52,728 nucleotides of DNA from a virus (taxonomy: Duplodnaviria > Caudoviricetes), in IMG/VR virus record IMGVR_UViG_3300024520_000099, positions 1-52,728 of that record. One strand, given 5' to 3'. Position numbers and translations under genes: made by a program. Under the pieces are notes generated by a model. That model had not been told where the DNA came from and did no database searches. It saw nothing but the letters and a program-made list of their open reading frames with translations. The stretch's first letter is position 1, and each line of letters opens with the position of its first letter. Of the stretch, positions 43,573 to 52,728 are shown one piece after another.

Positions 43573-45221
43573 AGTACATCCTAACATCCCTGCTACTCCT
43601 TGTGAGCTGGACGCCTCTCGCGGCGGACCAGCTACCTCAGCGAATAGCACAGTGGCAGCCCAACGTATGTCGAGTACGAGCAGACGAGGGCGGTGGCATC
43701 AGCTACGGCAGCGGAGTGTACGTTGGTCGCGGTCTTGTTGTGACAGCCTTTCACGTTGTACGCGAATGGAAGACCAGTCGAGCGACCCGAGGGCTCAGTG
43801 TCACGTTCCACAACGGCGGCACGTACCAAGCAACCATCAGTGGATGGGCGAGCGGAACCGATATTGCGTTTCTCAAGATCGATGCGCCCAAGGAAGCGAA
43901 CATCAAGGGCGTACTGCTTGCATCAGCTGACCCCGCTCGAGGTTCGGTTGTGTGGAAGTGTGGCTACGGTGGAGACGGTCAACTCATATGGCACAAGGGC
44001 ACCGTCCAAGGGTACTCAAGCAACGGGCTCATCGGAGGGGCCTGCTGGTTCCGCGTGACACCCTACGCCCGGAGCGGTGACAGCGGAGGTCCCACGTTCA
44101 ACGATCAAGGTGAATTCCTTGGTGACCTGTGGGGAAGCGACCCACAGAGCGGAACCACTACGGCGGTTCTCCCGAGTGCGATCAAGCTCGCGATGGGTGA
44201 TACCGTTTGGAACAACCTGCGAACCGCTCACGTTCAATGCTACGGTGGCCAATGCTACCCACAGCAACGGGGCGGCGGTCCGTTCTTTTGGCTGCGACCT
44301 CGACAGGATTCCCCGGGACTGCGACCTCAACAACCAGGACCGAACCTACGTGACCCAGCACCGGGCGGCATCCCAGGAGGACAGAACCCGCAGATCGGTG
44401 GCCTACCACAGACCATCCCGGGTGACGGTAGACCAGCCGCGCCCACAGCCCCCCTCGTCCCCGTTCAGCCCCCTGTGGATCTCAAGCCACTACAAGACCA
44501 GATAGCCGCCCTCCAAGCGCAGATAAAGGCGCTCAACGAGAAGCCAGCCCCTGTGGCTCCAGTGGTAGATCTCAGTGGGCTACAAGCTCAACTGGATGCG
44601 TTGAAGAACCGACCACAGGGTGACCCCGAGGTCACAGCGGCACTCGCGGAACTGAACCGTAAGATGATCGAGTACGGGAATCAGATTGGTCCCCGAGAGC
44701 CCATCGTAACGAACCCACAGACGGGGAACGATTCGAGTACGAACAACCAGACACAGGTCGGAGCCGCACCCGAGGAGGATGCTGGCTTTGATTGGGGCAG
44801 TGCTCTTGGCATGGCGATCATGCTTGGTGCGGGTGCAACCGGAGTGGGGATACCTGCGTGGGGCGTGATGGCTTGGAGAGGGGCGAGGGCTGCGAAACGA
44901 CTACGCGACGCCCGACTAGCCAACCAGCCAGCAGCTCAACCAGCACAACCACCACCAAGACCCGCACCACAGGAAGACCCGTTGTATATGCCACAACCTG
45001 ATCCGCCTGTTCAACATACACAGACGACCCACGTAGTCGATGCTCCGGCACCGCCGGTTTCGCACCGAATCGATACGCAGTTCGTCAATGTGGAGAGCGA
45101 CAACTATAAGCGAGCCCACGAGATGGCACGTCAACAGATCGCTCGTCGTTACCCTGGCAGCCAAGACATCTTGGAAGCCGAACTAAGCCTGACCCGCCAA
45201 TTCGCGGCAGGTGCTGTCTAA
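43569..45221 (+). CDS. Secreted trypsin-like serine protease with Pro-rich/coiled-coil stalk and TM helix
   Basis: Signal peptide; TAFHV, DIA, SGDSGGP triad; TM ALGMAIMLGAGATGVGIPAWGVMAW. Confidence 0.85.
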   Translation: MKYILTSLLLLVSWTPLAADQLPQRIAQWQPNVCRVRADEGGGISYGSGVYVGRGLVVTAFHVVREWKTSRATRGLSVTFHNGGTYQATISGWASGTDIAFLKIDAPKEANIKGVLLASADPARGSVVWKCGYGGDGQLIWHKGTVQGYSSNGLIGGACWFRVTPYARSGDSGGPTFNDQGEFLGDLWGSDPQSGTTTAVLPSAIKLAMGDTVWNNLRTAHVQCYGGQCYPQQRGGGPFFWLRPRQDSPGLRPQQPGPNLRDPAPGGIPGGQNPQIGGLPQTIPGDGRPAAPTAPLVPVQPPVDLKPLQDQIAALQAQIKALNEKPAPVAPVVDLSGLQAQLDALKNRPQGDPEVTAALAELNRKMIEYGNQIGPREPIVTNPQTGNDSSTNNQTQVGAAPEEDAGFDWGSALGMAIMLGAGATGVGIPAWGVMAWRGARAAKRLRDARLANQPAAQPAQPPPRPAPQEDPLYMPQPDPPVQHTQTTHVVDAPAPPVSHRIDTQFVNVESDNYKRAHEMARQQIARRYPGSQDILEAELSLTRQFAAGAV

Positions 45222-45237
45222 CCTGAAGGAGATCGAG

Positions 45238-46098
45238 ATGCCAGTTATCAACACCGACGCCGTCTTGTGGTACAACGTGGGCCAGTTTGGTCAGTTGGGC
45301 TACGGCGTTCCCAATCCCAGCGACGACCCCGGCTCGCTGAACCCGATGATTGTGGACTTTGTCAACCTGTCGGGACGCAACCTGTTCCACATCATGCACC
45401 ATGAGGACGTGGACCTCAGGACCCCGCCAAGTATCAACACGATCCGCCGCGTGCACAAGCTCTACGTCAGGCTCGCACAGATCCTGGCCAGCAGAGCGGT
45501 GCCACCACACGAGCTGAACATCGAGACGCAGCACGTGCAACCCGCCGGCGAAGTGTTCCGCGTGTTCCCTGTGCCGTACTTCAAGGTTCGCTCGCCGTTC
45601 CTGAAGCGATGGGCCGAACTGATCATGATCATGATGGCCGAAGCGATGCAGCACACTGAGAACCGGAAGTCGATGGAGATCTCCACGAACTTCGCAGGTC
45701 AGGTCGGCCAGTACATGACGCGGGTCTACCGTAACATGGCAACCGAGCTGTTCGGTAAGACGCGAGACGAAGTCCACGTGGACGGGTTCATTCTCACCGA
45801 AGAAGAGCTGGGCGTTTACAACCCCGCTGAGTACTTCACCAGCACCGAGATGATTGACACGGTTCCCCACTTGGGACACGTGTTCACTGAAGACCGGTTG
45901 AGCGTGATCAGTGATGGCATCCCCATCACGAGCCTTCCGGAACTCACCCCATGGCCGACGAACCTCACGTCGTATTACAACTCGACCAAGAGCTTCCGAG
46001 ATGCGAACGCGGACGACGCGAACATCAACGATCCGACCTCGGGTGCACATCCCAGTCCTGGCGGCGGCCCGGTCATTCCTCCGCCACCCGGACCGTAG
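45238..46098 (+). CDS. Hypothetical protein
   Basis: AAGGAG SD; codon usage like the structural genes. Confidence 0.75.
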   Translation: MPVINTDAVLWYNVGQFGQLGYGVPNPSDDPGSLNPMIVDFVNLSGRNLFHIMHHEDVDLRTPPSINTIRRVHKLYVRLAQILASRAVPPHELNIETQHVQPAGEVFRVFPVPYFKVRSPFLKRWAELIMIMMAEAMQHTENRKSMEISTNFAGQVGQYMTRVYRNMATELFGKTRDEVHVDGFILTEEELGVYNPAEYFTSTEMIDTVPHLGHVFTEDRLSVISDGIPITSLPELTPWPTNLTSYYNSTKSFRDANADDANINDPTSGAHPSPGGGPVIPPPPGP

Positions 46099-46122
46099 TC
46101 AGAAAGTTTTCTAAGAGAGGGC

Positions 46123-46151
46123 TCGACAAGAGTTTTAGACGCCAATACCCT
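46123..46151 (+). promoter_or_regulatory. Possible promoter TCGACA-N17-TACCCT for head genes
   Basis: AT-richer intergenic gap before 46179. Confidence 0.35.
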
Positions 46152-46178
46152 AGCTAGCCATCACAGGAGTACAAGACG

Positions 46179-47627
46179 GTGAAGTTCCAAAGCATAACGA
46201 TAAACCTTGCGCCTGCCAACATCCGGCACGACCGGATGGAAGGTCGGGACTACATCGTCGCACCGATGGTCATGCTTACTGAAGGCGTGCACAACGGAAC
46301 GAACGGTCCCCTCTATTACCCTGAAGCGGAACTCGCTAAGACACCCGTCGTGTGGAACCACAAGCCGGTCGTCGTGTACCACCCACAGATCAACGGACAG
46401 GGCGTTAGCGCCTGCGACCCGGAGATCGTGGACAAGTACAAGATTGGCATTGTGATGAACACGAAGTGGGATCAGCCGGCGAAGAAGCTGAGGGCTGAAG
46501 CCTGGATCGAAGTTGAGCGGGCGAACGTGGTGGATGAGCGTATCATGGTTGCCGTTGAGAACGGTGAACCCATGGAACTCTCGACTGGCGTGTTCACCGA
46601 CAACGAAGAAACCGAAGGCACGTGGAACGAAGAAGCCTACACTGCTGTCGCTCGAAACTACAGACCCGACCATCTGGCACTGTTGCCGGATATCAAGGGC
46701 GCGTGCTCGATGGCAGACGGTGCAGGGTTCCTGGTGGCCAATGCTTTGGCACACGAGGACATCCGTCAGAGCTTGTCCACCAGCATCCGCGACCGATTTG
46801 GAAGCGATACTTGGATCATGGACGTGTTCGAGGCCTCGGTCGTGTACGAGCACGGCAACAAACTCTGGAAGCTGATGTACTCCAAGACCAACGATGTTGC
46901 GACGTTGGCCGCGGACGCCCCTGTTCAGGTACGTCGCAACGTTCAGTATCGTACGGTCGAAGGAGCCCTCATAGGCAATACCGACTACCCACTGTCACCG
47001 AGATCAGGAGAAGCTGACATGAAGAAGAAAGAACTCGTCGATGGTTTGATCGCCAACGACGCCACAAACTGGAAAGAGGAGGACCGCGATGGCTTGATGG
47101 CCATGAACGAGGCCCAACTCGAGAAGATGGCGCCGGTCGCAATCGAAGAGCCCACGGACAACGCAGCCGCCGTTGCGGCAGCTGCAGCGAAAGGGGCCGA
47201 AGGCGTTGTGGTTCCAACGGAGAACGCCGCTGACACGGGCGCTCAGCCCGCACAGAACGCGACTCCGCCCCAGATCACCTTGGACCAACTGCCACCCGAG
47301 ATGCAGGCGGTCTACAACCACGGCTTGACCAAGCTCCAGGAAGAGCGAACGGGTCTGATCACCAAGATCACTGCCAACGCCGCGAACAAGTTCACCGCCG
47401 AACAACTCGGCGCCATGAGCCTCGAAGCACTTCAGGGGATGGCAGCCCTCGCGGGTTCCCCGACAGCCAACGCCGCACCCGCAGCGGGCGATCAGCAACA
47501 GGCGGTTGCCCTGTTCAGCGGAGCCGCCGGTGGCGGAACCGCAACGCCGGTAGCCAACGAAGGACACGTCGAGAAGCCGCTCGGCCTGCCCACGATGAAC
47601 TTCGGCGAGGAGAAGGCGACGGCGTAG
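46179..47627 (+). CDS. Prohead protease/scaffold (DUF2213-like)
   Basis: EGVHNG, WNHKPVVVYHP, ELSTG, PDHLALLP..GACS..DGAG; Ala-rich scaffold tail. Confidence 0.85.
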   Translation: MKFQSITINLAPANIRHDRMEGRDYIVAPMVMLTEGVHNGTNGPLYYPEAELAKTPVVWNHKPVVVYHPQINGQGVSACDPEIVDKYKIGIVMNTKWDQPAKKLRAEAWIEVERANVVDERIMVAVENGEPMELSTGVFTDNEETEGTWNEEAYTAVARNYRPDHLALLPDIKGACSMADGAGFLVANALAHEDIRQSLSTSIRDRFGSDTWIMDVFEASVVYEHGNKLWKLMYSKTNDVATLAADAPVQVRRNVQYRTVEGALIGNTDYPLSPRSGEADMKKKELVDGLIANDATNWKEEDRDGLMAMNEAQLEKMAPVAIEEPTDNAAAVAAAAAKGAEGVVVPTENAADTGAQPAQNATPPQITLDQLPPEMQAVYNHGLTKLQEERTGLITKITANAANKFTAEQLGAMSLEALQGMAALAGSPTANAAPAAGDQQQAVALFSGAAGGGTATPVANEGHVEKPLGLPTMNFGEEKATA

Positions 47628-47702
47628 TCACCTTCCCTGTTCCCAGCAACCGCAACCGCAAACCTGTTGAAACGAAACCCACTCACTAAGGAGTTCTAAA
47701 CG

Positions 47703-48140
47703 ATGACCGCTAACACGATTGCCCTGAAGTGCAACGGCCCACACGATGAAGGCGTGTGCGGTGTTGCCATCAGCCCCGGCGAGGCAGTTGAACTGCAAGC
47801 CGACGAGAAGTACGACCCGATGGTCTCGGCCCAGGCCGCTGCCCTCAAACGGAACCTTCAGATTGCGAAGGAAGACGGTCTCCAAGGCAAGACCGTTGAC
47901 GATGCCTACGCACTCGACGACATCCTGTTCTTTGTCTCCCCGAAGAGCGGCGACCACATCAACGCCTTGGTGAAGAGTGGGGAGGACATCGACATCGGCG
48001 ACAAGCTCGTCGTGGAAGGCGGGACCTCGGGACTGTTCGTGGAAGCGGCCGGCACCGAGACCAAGTTCCAACTGGAAGCACTGGAAGACAGTGGTGGTGC
48101 CCTCGCCGCCAATACGCTGCTCGCCTGCCGCGTGATCTAA
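47703..48140 (+). CDS. Head decoration/cement protein
   Basis: Between scaffold and capsid genes; AISPG, GKTVDDAY, ALE. Confidence 0.65.
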   Translation: MTANTIALKCNGPHDEGVCGVAISPGEAVELQADEKYDPMVSAQAAALKRNLQIAKEDGLQGKTVDDAYALDDILFFVSPKSGDHINALVKSGEDIDIGDKLVVEGGTSGLFVEAAGTETKFQLEALEDSGGALAANTLLACRVI

Positions 48141-48227
48141 CCCCGAACCTCAACCAACTTCACAAGGACATCCGAACCCGCAGGTCACAGTGACCTCAAC
48201 GTTCTCCAAACAAGGAACCCGATTACT

Positions 48228-49283
48228 ATGTTGAACTTTATTCTCAATGGCCAGGCATCCGGAGACGTTGCTTCGGTACTGATGGCCAACAACATGAACC
48301 CGAGCTGCCTGAGGCCATACATCGGCCTCGACGGGCAGACGTACATGGACGTTCTGACGGCCAACGGTGAGTGGAAAGCCCAGCTCATTCAGAACGCCAA
48401 CGCCACCCTCCGTAAAGATGATTGGCAGCATCTGGACACGGCGATCCTCAAAGCTGCCAAGCCTCGCTTGATGGCGGTGGCCGACCTCCGTGGTGCCGGG
48501 CTTCAGTACACAATGCCAAACGGCATGGCCCACACTGTTCTGCAACACGAGACGCAGAGCGACATCACACCGGCCACGATCAGCATGGACGGACTTCGAC
48601 AGAGTGACGGGGATCGACCCGAGTTCGCTCTGGAGAACTTGCCCCTGCCGATCATCCACAAGGACTTCAACTTCAGCGCCCGCCAGGTGATGGCGAGCCG
48701 CAACGGTGGAAGCCCGCTGGACACAACGACTGCCGAACTGGCCGGTCGACGTGTGGCAGAAGAAGCCGAGAACCTGCTGTTGGGTGTCACCTCGAGCTAC
48801 GGCTACGGCGGTGGTAACATCTACGGCTACACGAACTTCCCCAGCCGTCTCACCAAGACGATGACGGCCCCGACCTCCTCAAACCACGCGACAACCGTGG
48901 CTGAGATCCTCCAGATGAAGACGCAGTCGCAAGACGCGAACCATTACGGTCCGTGGTTCTGCTACTGCTCGACGTCGTGGGACGCGTTCATGGACGAGGA
49001 CTACAGCACCGCGAAGGGTGACAACACTCTCCGCGACCGCATCGGAATGATCGAAGGGATCGACCGACCGCGGACGCTGGACTACCTGCCCACGAACACC
49101 CTCATGCTGGTGCAGAAGACACCGGAAGTCGCCCGCGAAGTGGTCGGCATGGACATCACGACCGTGCAGTGGGAAAGCCACGGCGGGATGCAGTTGAACT
49201 TCAAGGTCATGGCGATCTTGGTTCCTCAACTGCGAGCAGACCAGAACGGGAACACCGGAATCGTCCACGGCTCGCACGTCTAA
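48228..49283 (+). CDS. Major capsid protein (HK97 fold, encapsulin/linocin-like)
   Basis: NATLRKDDW, PLPIIHKDF, RRVAEEAE, YGYTNFP, VQWES; position. Confidence 0.88.
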   Translation: MLNFILNGQASGDVASVLMANNMNPSCLRPYIGLDGQTYMDVLTANGEWKAQLIQNANATLRKDDWQHLDTAILKAAKPRLMAVADLRGAGLQYTMPNGMAHTVLQHETQSDITPATISMDGLRQSDGDRPEFALENLPLPIIHKDFNFSARQVMASRNGGSPLDTTTAELAGRRVAEEAENLLLGVTSSYGYGGGNIYGYTNFPSRLTKTMTAPTSSNHATTVAEILQMKTQSQDANHYGPWFCYCSTSWDAFMDEDYSTAKGDNTLRDRIGMIEGIDRPRTLDYLPTNTLMLVQKTPEVAREVVGMDITTVQWESHGGMQLNFKVMAILVPQLRADQNGNTGIVHGSHV

Positions 49284-49305
49284 GACTAGCCGCCGCGCCC
49301 CGTTA

Positions 49306-49336
49306 GCCCCTCCTGGGAAGAACGCCCGGGAGGGGC
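49306..49336 (+). terminator. Stem-loop after capsid gene
   Basis: GCCCCTCCTGGG-AAGAACG-CCCGGGAGGGGC. Confidence 0.55.
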
Positions 49337-49388
49337 GATGACAGAGCCCCATTCAACCCTCTAACCAGAAGCTCCAGGAGACCGGACA

Positions 49389-49793
49389 ATGGCAAAGCGA
49401 AAGAAGTTCAAGTTGCTGGTAGGCACCCACGCCGGCCAGGACAAAAAGATTTTCAAGGCGGGTGATACCGTCGAGTCGGACATGGACCTTGCGAAGGTTT
49501 TCGGAACCGACAAGTTCATCCCCGAGAGTCAGTTCCAAGCTGACGCAGAAGAAGCTGCCGCGACTGCCCTTGTGGCCGAACGTGGTGAGAACGTGACGGA
49601 CGACTTCGAGTCCGCGGTGGAAGCCGAAGTCGAAGTGTTCAAGAAGAAAGGCAAGTGGGCGATCTACGAGTCGGATGGCATGGTGGTCGCTGGTCGACTC
49701 GCCAAGAAGGATGTCGAAGCCGTGATTGGTGAATACCTCGGCGAAGTCGACGACGATGGCTATGGTGACGACGACGACGACGACGACGAGTAG
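49389..49793 (+). CDS. Hypothetical head-associated protein
   Basis: AGGAG SD; follows the capsid gene. Confidence 0.7.
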   Translation: MAKRKKFKLLVGTHAGQDKKIFKAGDTVESDMDLAKVFGTDKFIPESQFQADAEEAAATALVAERGENVTDDFESAVEAEVEVFKKKGKWAIYESDGMVVAGRLAKKDVEAVIGEYLGEVDDDGYGDDDDDDDE

Positions 49794-49857
49794 AACCTAA
49801 GCCGGCCCCGCCAGTTCACCAGCCGGCGGGGTCGCTTCGAATAACTGAGGAAAGACC

Positions 49858-50259
49858 ATGACCAGAACAAACGCAGTGAACGTAGCACTGGTGATCGAAG
49901 TCGATACCAACATCGCTCTCGACGTGTTCATCGACACGGCAAATGAACTGGTCACGGAGATGTGCACAGGGGACAACGGTCCCGCAGTGGATTACACAGC
50001 CACCCGACTCGAACTGATCGAACGTTGGCTCGCCGCCCACTTCTACGCGATACGAGACACCCGCCCGTCCAGCGAAAAGGCCGGACCCGTTGGCGTCGCG
50101 TACCAGCACAAAGTGGACCTCAACTTGGCGAACACGATGTACGGTCAGCAGGCCATGACGCTCGACACCAACGGCGGGCTTGCCACCCTCAACAAGCAGA
50201 CTGAGGAAGGCACCCAACGGACGGTCGGGTTCACTTGGCTTGGAACGGAGGCGACATGA
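49858..50259 (+). CDS. Head-tail adaptor
   Basis: IERWLAAHF, TMYGQQA..LD. Confidence 0.75.
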   Translation: MTRTNAVNVALVIEVDTNIALDVFIDTANELVTEMCTGDNGPAVDYTATRLELIERWLAAHFYAIRDTRPSSEKAGPVGVAYQHKVDLNLANTMYGQQAMTLDTNGGLATLNKQTEEGTQRTVGFTWLGTEAT

Positions 50260-50609
50260 GTCTAATCACCAGGATGCGGAAGCAGGACGCGGTCTACTGG
50301 CCCAAGACTGACCCGGACAAGTTCGGGAAGCCTGGCGTTGGTGTCGCGGTCGCTGTGAAGGTCCGGTGGGAAGACAAGCATGAGAAGTTTATGAACGCCG
50401 AAGGGGATGAGCAGATCAGCAACTCAGTCGTGTACGTGCCTGAGGTCTCTGCCGGCGTTGAGATGGAGCAGGGTGACTACCTGTGGCTCGGTGTCATAGG
50501 CTCAGCTCCAGCGGACCCCGTCGCAGACAACGCCGCCCACGAGATACAGAAGTTCGAGAAGCTGCCAGACCTCAAAGCGAAAGAGTTCTTACGGACGGCA
50601 ATGTTATGA
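50256..50609 (+). CDS. Head closure protein
   Basis: AVYW..DKFG, RWEDK; position. Confidence 0.7.
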   Translation: MSLITRMRKQDAVYWPKTDPDKFGKPGVGVAVAVKVRWEDKHEKFMNAEGDEQISNSVVYVPEVSAGVEMEQGDYLWLGVIGSAPADPVADNAAHEIQKFEKLPDLKAKEFLRTAML

Positions 50610-50980
50610 CCCAGAGCATCGGTGGAAACGTGAATCGCCTGAACGCAGTGCTAAGTGCACTGCGGAAGGAGAACAAACGCCGAGGCAAAGCGATGGAACG
50701 CGGGCTGGTGAAAGGCGGTCTCCGCATCCAACGAGAAAGTCAGAAGATCGTACCGATCGACACCAGTGCTTTGAAGAACAGTGCACGCACCACCAAGAAG
50801 GGAAGCGGACACAAGACCGAGGTCACTGTGAGCTACGGAACTGAGTACGCCGTGTTCGTACATGAGGATCTCAACGCGAGACACGCCAGCGGCAAGTCAG
50901 CGAAGTTCCTCGAGATACCTGTTCGGCGTCTTCAACGTGAGATCGCAGCGGACATCAAAGCGGAGGTGAAGAAGGCATGA
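50606..50980 (+). CDS. Neck protein (HK97 gp10-like)
   Basis: SQKIVPIDTSALKNS, YAVFVHE, KFLE. Confidence 0.8.
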   Translation: MTQSIGGNVNRLNAVLSALRKENKRRGKAMERGLVKGGLRIQRESQKIVPIDTSALKNSARTTKKGSGHKTEVTVSYGTEYAVFVHEDLNARHASGKSAKFLEIPVRRLQREIAADIKAEVKKA

Positions 50981-51420
50981 GCACTTTGTCTGACAGCCCC
51001 GCGAGCCTGTTGCAGTTTGTACTCATTGGAGAAGGGGCAGGCGTCCAACCACCCGCAGCGCCATGGCCGATCTACGTCGGTCGCCTACCCGATGGGAGCA
51101 ACATCGAAGACCAAGCCATCGCCGTCTACGACACTGAGCCGCGTCAAGACGGTAGGCTTATGGCGGGTGAGAAGATTGAACATCCCGGTATGCAATTCCG
51201 CGTCCGGGCAGACGACTACCAGACTGGCTTCCAGAAACTGTCAGCCATTGCGGCGATACTCGACAGCGTCAAGAACCAAGCCGTGCTCGGCGATAGTCTG
51301 AACGCCTACACAGTGAACGCAATCACGCGGATCGGTGGCGTGATACCCATTGGCACCGATGACCAAGGTCGAGAGGGATTCACCCTCAACGTGACCTCAA
51401 CCATAACAGAGTCCCCGTAA
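50977..51420 (+). CDS. Tail terminator/completion protein
   Basis: VYDT, QFRVRA..Y, GTDDQGR..FTLN. Confidence 0.75.
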   Translation: MSTLSDSPASLLQFVLIGEGAGVQPPAAPWPIYVGRLPDGSNIEDQAIAVYDTEPRQDGRLMAGEKIEHPGMQFRVRADDYQTGFQKLSAIAAILDSVKNQAVLGDSLNAYTVNAITRIGGVIPIGTDDQGREGFTLNVTSTITESP

Positions 51421-51435
51421 TCAGGAGAAACAATC

Positions 51436-51873
51436 ATGGCCCGTATGGACGATGGCTTTTCAACCACAATCGGATTCGCCGACCTCCCGGCGGTGGAATT
51501 CTACGAGAAGACCGTGACGCCGCCTGGCGTGAGCGGTGGCGGTGAGAACGACACCACCACGATGCTCAACACCGCATGGCGGACCAAGTCACCCAAGCAG
51601 CTCAAGACGCTGTCGGAGAGTTCGCTCACCGTCGCGTACGACCCCGCATGCTACGACGACATCGTTGGTGCGAACGGCGTGAACAACAATCAGTTGATCA
51701 CCATCACGTTCCCCGACGGTTCGACGCTGGCCTTCTGGGGCTGGATCGATGAGTTCACTCCTGGCGAGATCGTTGAAGGTGAACAGCCCACAGCGGAGTG
51801 CACGATCATCTGTTCAAACCAGAACGCGGTCGGAGCCGAGACGGCACCAGTGTACACAGCGGCTGGACCGTAA
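51436..51873 (+). CDS. Major tail (tube) protein
   Basis: VTPPG, DTTTM, AYDP, ITFPDGS..FWGW. Confidence 0.8.
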   Translation: MARMDDGFSTTIGFADLPAVEFYEKTVTPPGVSGGGENDTTTMLNTAWRTKSPKQLKTLSESSLTVAYDPACYDDIVGANGVNNNQLITITFPDGSTLAFWGWIDEFTPGEIVEGEQPTAECTIICSNQNAVGAETAPVYTAAGP

Positions 51874-51893
51874 GCCGTTGAAACAAGGCGTTT

Positions 51894-51930
51894 GACGCCT
51901 CTCTGGCACGGGCTCGGCCAGAGGAGCGTC
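51894..51930 (+). terminator. Stem-loop after tail tube gene
   Basis: GACGC-CTCTCTGGC..GCCAGAG-GAGCGTC then TCAGTTT. Confidence 0.55.
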
Positions 51931-51985
51931 TCAGTTTACCCACAACGAGCCGAGACCGTTAGAACGTACCACAGGAGACCGAACC

Positions 51986-52453
51986 GTGAAGACAAACAAA
52001 GAAGACCCCAAGCCGGCCGAGGACGAAGTCAACACAGGGCCACCGGACATCGATGCCCCCGAGGACAAAGTCAAGCCGGACATCGTTGGCGAAGACGGCG
52101 TGATCCGTCTGAGCCTTGACCGCGAAGAGTTCCCCGTAGACCTCGGAGACGGAAAGAAGTACGTCCTGCGAGAGCTGAGCGGTACTCAACGTGACAAGTA
52201 CCTCAACAACCTCGGAGGTCGTGTCCGTACCAACGCCGATGGCAAGGTGACGGGCATGAAGAACTTCGACGGGTTGCAAGCCAACCTGTTGATCCGATGT
52301 CTCTTTGAGGTTCAAGCTGAAGGGAAGGAGGTCGCACTCAAAGAAGCCGAAATCCAGAAGTTCCCCGCGAAGGTCCAAACAGCCCTGTTCAACAAGGCCA
52401 AGACCATGAGCGGTATGGACGACGATGCTGAGGACACAGCGGGAAACGACTAG
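51986..52453 (+). CDS. Tail assembly chaperone (gpG-like)
   Basis: Follows tail tube; LRELSGTQRDKY; ends on a slippery site. Confidence 0.8.
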   Translation: MKTNKEDPKPAEDEVNTGPPDIDAPEDKVKPDIVGEDGVIRLSLDREEFPVDLGDGKKYVLRELSGTQRDKYLNNLGGRVRTNADGKVTGMKNFDGLQANLLIRCLFEVQAEGKEVALKEAEIQKFPAKVQTALFNKAKTMSGMDDDAEDTAGND

Positions 52454-52728
52454 AGGCAGGGGAGACCCTGCTCTGGATGCAGATTGCCGACCGGAACAAC
52501 TGGTCGCTGTCCGAAGCGAAGGCCAAGGTGACAAGTTCAGAAGTGATGTTGTGGAGAGCGTTCATCGAACGAGATGCGAACGCCTTCCACCGTGAGGACT
52601 ATTACTTCGCCCAGATCGCCCAAGAGATCAGGCGGGTACTGTCCAAGCGGCCCAAGAGCGTCAAGCTCGAGCACTTCCTGCTCAAGTTTGAAACGAAGGG
52701 CATGAAGAAGGAACGAGCCTCGGCTGAA
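52441..52728 (+). CDS. gpT-like extension reached by -1 frameshift (partial, runs off window)
   Basis: G GGA AAC at 52441-52447; -1 frame open to the window end (KRLEAGETLLWMQIAD..EDYYFAQIA). Confidence 0.8.

Noticed and set aside
6653-46853. Other long minus-strand ORFs (6653..7573, 14604..15545, 18805..19743, 45085..46050, 46161..46853)
   Set aside because: They mirror well-supported + strand genes; GC-rich codon bias suppresses antisense stops; no motifs
48228-49283. Encapsulin/bacteriocin call for the capsid gene
   Set aside because: Context (scaffold, decoration, head-tail genes) marks it as the major capsid protein

Overview
A 52.7 kb stretch of a tailed dsDNA phage genome, siphovirus-like and GC-rich, with all credible genes on the + strand. 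The window ends inside the tail-assembly chaperone. Gene order: (1) early/regulatory genes and replication initiation (sigma-like factor, SNF2 helicase, primase, HTH initiator, DnaB-like helicase); (2) a 7-deazaguanine DNA-modification cluster: radical SAM, QueD, QueE, PRTase-FolE fusion, QueD-like/DpdL, GT-B glycosyltransferase, DpdA/TGT and a small companion ORF, with no QueC in the window; (3) a self-contained replisome/recombination module: beta-like clamp, family A polymerase split into UDG-exonuclease and polymerase genes around a MazG-like gene, DnaX, UvsY-like, SSB, RecA, flap nuclease, RuvC, three-part SbcC and SbcD; (4) terminase, portal and MuF; (5) a sugar-modification cassette (GT, methyltransferase, GalE, cytidylyltransferase); (6) a putative lysis cassette with holin-like, esterase and secreted serine protease genes but no muramidase; (7) head and tail genes with a -1 frameshift. 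Most notable: the atypical deazaguanine cluster, a shared C-terminal KGFG(L/I) peptide on DpdA, the flap nuclease and a third protein (candidate clamp-docking motif coupling DNA modification to the fork), a possibly split DpdA barrel, a recurring GTYCCGAYARTA promoter-like motif, and two structured leader RNAs. All function calls come from motif recognition by eye; no database searches were run.
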